Positions 57,571 to 64,000 of a stretch of DNA of 64,000 bases are shown here, one piece after another (the stretch's first letter is position 1; each line of letters starts with the position of its first letter). This DNA is from the human T2T-CHM13v2.0 reference genome, Homo sapiens. A model generated the notes under the pieces. It was given only the letters and a program-made list of their open reading frames with translations. It searched no databases and was not told the DNA's origin. The translations under genes were made by a program, and so were the position numbers. Location: NCBI RefSeq assembly GCF_009914755.1, contig NC_060927.1; one strand, given 5' to 3'.

Positions 57571-58090
57571 GAAGGGAATAAAGCAGGTCAATAAAACATA
57601 CAGAATATTGGTTATAAAGAACAGGTGCTAATTGATCTTCAAATAAGATGATTGAGGAACACTTTTCTGGGGGAAAGGATGTTTCTATACTTCCAATCTT
57701 TCAGTGAAATAATGGACAAGTAAAGATAAAATGTATGAAAAAAAGTAATGTGCATCCAAGACACAGATAACCTTAAATGCTTAAAAAGTTGTTTCCATTC
57801 ATTTGGCATTACAAATTACACTGAATTAAACACCTGTGTACATAAGTTTTGACCCATTTCAATCACTGGAAAAACAGATTCTTGGAAGTGAAATTATTTA
57901 ATCAGGTGAATGATTGTATTTATGACTCTCTGTATGTATGGTAAGAATGCTTTGTCATTGATTAATGTTTTAAGACATATTTTAGTAGATATTGTAAAGA
58001 TATGAATCCACTTAACTCTACAAATGTAATCTTTATGAAGAATCTGGAGGCCTCTGAAATTAGCCATATCATATATTTACTTATATTTCT

Positions 58091-58572
58091 TGTATTAGTC
58101 AGGATTATCCAGAGAAGGAGAACCAATATGATACATAAGAATATATAAAAGAGGAAATGTGTTATGGGAATTGGATTACTCAATTATGGAGGAGCATAAA
58201 TCCCACAATCTGCTATGTGCAAGCTGGAGAACCAGAAAAGAAGGGGCAGGTTTGGGGTGCATTGCAAGTATCAAAATCTGAAGGCCCAAGAAGCAGGGGC
58301 TCTTATGTCCAAGTGCAGGAGAAGGTGAATGCCCCAGCACAGGGAGAGAGAACATCTACCTCCCCTTCACCTTTTGTTCTATCTGACGCTCAGCTTAACG
58401 GATTAGACAATGACTTCCCACACTGATGAGGGTGGATCTTCTTTACTCAGTCTACTGTTCCAAATGCTAACCTCTTCCAGAAACACCCTCACAGCACATC
58501 AGAAATAATGTTCTAAGAGATGACTGGGCATCCCTTATCCAAGTCAAGTTGACACATAAAATTAACTATCAT
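58091..58572 (-). mobile_element. ERVL LTR (MLT2-like)
   Basis: tgtattagtcaggattatccagaga...caagtcaagttgacacataaaattaactatca. Confidence 0.82.
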
Positions 58573-59489
58573 ATTCCTCTTTTGTCCTCCTGGTCTTCTG
58601 AGTCAAATTGGATAAGCAGATTTCAGGATTAGTGTCTTCTGACATAGAAAAAAATTCAATGTTCTCTCATTTGCTGATAATGTACTACGAGTAGAGATAG
58701 CATTAACTCTCAATTCTGAGTCACAGCTCTCTGAGAAATATATAATTTCTAGTGATAGACCAGCTAGCTTTCTAACACCAAAGCTTATTGTATATTAGAC
58801 CCTGGTTAATGTGCATTGAAATGAAACCTAGAAAGTGTGAAGCCTAAATCTTTGGTAACAAACATGCAGTTTAGTTTATTCTACATGACCCAAATCCAAT
58901 ATCATGGTTTTCCCAAAATGGTGAATCTACTGACAGTCTGGAGATTAATTCAAATGTAAAGGAATTCTAATAATACCGTATGTCTAATTTTATCTTGCTT
59001 GGGTCTTCCACCTGAGTTTCTCCAGTGATTCTATCATACAGAAGGTGAAATAGCTGCTCTAAGCAGGTGGAACTCAACCTAAAAATATTCAAAAGACATT
59101 ACGAGTAAAGAAAAGACCAAATGGTCAATCCAAAGTTTACTTTAAGAATCAGAATCTGAAGTACTTTTATTCGTGAAATTTGTTTCCTGAATATTACATG
59201 CTGCCTTAAATAAGAGAAGAAGTTGTGCTCGCATGCTGTGGATGATTCTCAAAAAAGCATCGAACTTGTCAAAATATTTTAATTTTTATCTGTTTGACTG
59301 TTCCCTGGTATTTTAGCCATGAGGAAGTTATCTACCCTTGAAAATTCCTCACATGGAAAATTGGAATAGTTATATCTTATTGTGAGAAATCAATATGGTA
59401 ATATCTATCACAGTATTTTCAAATCTGCAAAGGACCCCAAGATAAAAGGAAACAAACATGCAGAATATCCTTTGCAGTAAGTCAGCAGT

Positions 59490-59690
59490 CCAGCTCCTGC
59501 CGTGAGACATGCCTGCTGTTTTCACCTTCCGTTATGAGTAAAAGCTTCCTGAGGCCTCACCAGAAGCCAAGCTGATGCTGTTGCCATGCTGGTACAGACT
59601 GCAAAACTGTGAGCCAAATAAACCTCTTTCCTTTATAAATTATGCAGTCTTGGGTATTCTTTTATACCAATGCAAAGGGGACTAAAACAG
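59490..59690 (+). mobile_element. MST (MaLR) LTR 3' half
   Basis: gcttcctgaggcctcaccagaagcc...aactgtgagccaaataaacctctttcctttataaatta. Confidence 0.8.
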
Positions 59691-59702
59691 CCATACTGTC
59701 AT

Positions 59703-62204
<2,502 letters not shown>

Positions 62205-62904
62205 GTCATGCATTTATTTTTTCTTCAGTATCTCTACTCCAGGAACCCTCATTTGGAGGTCCCCTGATGGGGGGAATCTTGAAGACACTTTTCTCCACTG
62301 TGACTCTGTACTCAGTACCATTCCAGTCCTAGCTTTCCCCCATCTCCTTCTCTCTGGCCTGGACTAGAACTATTAGTCTTTCTCTTTTGCCCATGACACT
62401 ACACCTGAGCTTTCTTAGTGAGTCAGATTAGAATCCCAACAGAGGGCTGTGAACCTTATGAAGAATATGGTCTAACTAAAAATGCTAGTTTAAATGCGGA
62501 ATCATAGTCTCTTGAACTTTGTAAAATTGGAGAATTTTATAAATTATTTTTTCATTGCCTATCTTCTATGTAATCATGGGTTCACCACTTATTGCCTATT
62601 GAAAATAATTTCATGAAGATCTTTATTCAGAACTTCTTGTTTTATCATGTAGATGTTTAGAATGTTTATATTTTCTTTTGACATTATCTGCTTCTTTTTG
62701 ATATTGTTTTTTTCTGTGACTTTAATATAGTTTTCTTTATAGCTTTGCTACTTTGAAGAATTTTCAATCACAATTTTTGGCTTTATGGGATTTCTTCATT
62801 GTTAAAAAGAATAAATTTAATATAAAATGTTTATCTAATCTCTTTCCATCTATTAGCCTATTGGGTATGTGTTTTCTTCTCTGGTATAAATCATATAGTT
62901 CTTC

Positions 62905-63860
62905 TTATTTTTTTCCTCTTTTTTATTAAGATTAAATTAACATATGGTAAAATTAACCATTTTAAAGGATACAATTCAGTGGCATTTACTATAATTACAA
63001 TTTTGTACCACTCCCACTCTCCCTAATTCCAAAACAGTTTCATCATCTCAAAAGAAAACCTGTACACACTAAGCAGTTGCTCCTCATATGTGATATGTGT
63101 CTATATTCTTTCACTTAGCACATGGTTTTTAAGATTCATTCATATTGTACCATAATCAGTACTTTAGTCCTTTTTATAGCTGAATAATATTTCATTTTAT
63201 GAACATTCCACAATTTGCTTACCATTAATTCATTGATGGACATGGAAGTTGTTTCTGTATTTTGGCTATTGTAAATAATGCTGCCGTGAACATGTCATTA
63301 TATGTATTTTTCAGTATTTTTTTTCAGTTATTTTGGATATATTCATGGGAGTGGAATTACCGGGTCATATGGTAATTCTAAGCTTAAGTTTTTGAGGAAC
63401 CTCCAAAGTGTTTTCCACAGTGGCTGCAATATTTTACATTCCTACCAGCAACGTCCAAGGTTTCTAATTTCTCTATATCCTGGCAAACATTTATATTTTC
63501 CTTTTATTTTTTATTTATCACAATTCCAGTGGGTGTAAAGAGGTGTCTCATTGTGGTTTTGATTTGCATTTCCCTAATGACTAATTACATTGAGTATCTT
63601 GTCGTGTGTTTGTTGGCTTGCTGGTTCTTCTTGAAGAAATATCTATTCAAGCCTTTGGCCCATTTTTTAATTGCGTCTTTTGTCTTTTTGTTATTGAGCT
63701 GTAAATATTCCTTAAATATTACAGATACTAGACATTTATCATATATATAATCTGAAGATATATGATTTGCAGATATTTCCTCCATTCTGTAAATCTTTTA
63801 ACAATATCCTTTGAAGCACAAGATTTTTAATTTTGATGTAGTCCAACTTATTTGTTCTCC
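62905..63860 (-). mobile_element. L1MB-like 3' end
   Basis: aaaattaaccattttaaaggatacaattcagtggcattt...ctcattgtggttttgatttgcatttccctaatgact; ORF 63585-63785 is an ORF2 remnant. Confidence 0.85.
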
Positions 63861-64000
63861 TCTTTCTTGCTCTATGATGTAATTTTCTTTACCTTCAATT
63901 TAGTTGGTTTCCTGGTACCACATTTTCACATTTTGAAACAATAGTTGTTTCTTTCATTTTTCTTTTTAACCATAGCAACCACATTTTTTTTTGTTTTCCT

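Overview
Human-type (primate) AT-rich intronic or intergenic DNA. A near-consensus AluYa5 points specifically to Homo. I find no supportable cellular protein-coding gene, RNA gene or CRISPR array. The only long ORF is a LINE-1 ORF2 remnant, and the other ORFs are repeat-derived or chance. Roughly half of the window is transposon-derived. It contains a nested, 5'-inverted L1MA cluster (7-13.4 kb), a full-length Tigger1 interrupted by an LTR12C solo LTR and two L1 tails (20.2-24.8 kb), a complete THE1 element (59.7-62.2 kb), an L1PA3-like insertion, about 12 Alus or Alu pieces, and MaLR/ERV LTRs, MIRs and L2s. The main structure that repeat annotation does not explain is a ~350 bp inverted duplication of unique DNA (46635-46980 vs 49778-50140). 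It appears to have formed by template switching between two inverted Alus and was later split by an L1. Secondary signals are a direct-repeat-flanked local copy at 1.1 kb, an RFX/ETS promoter-like motif cluster at 32 kb and several hairpins. I see no evidence for a novel gene system. Repeat subfamily names come from recalled consensus sequences, not from an alignment.
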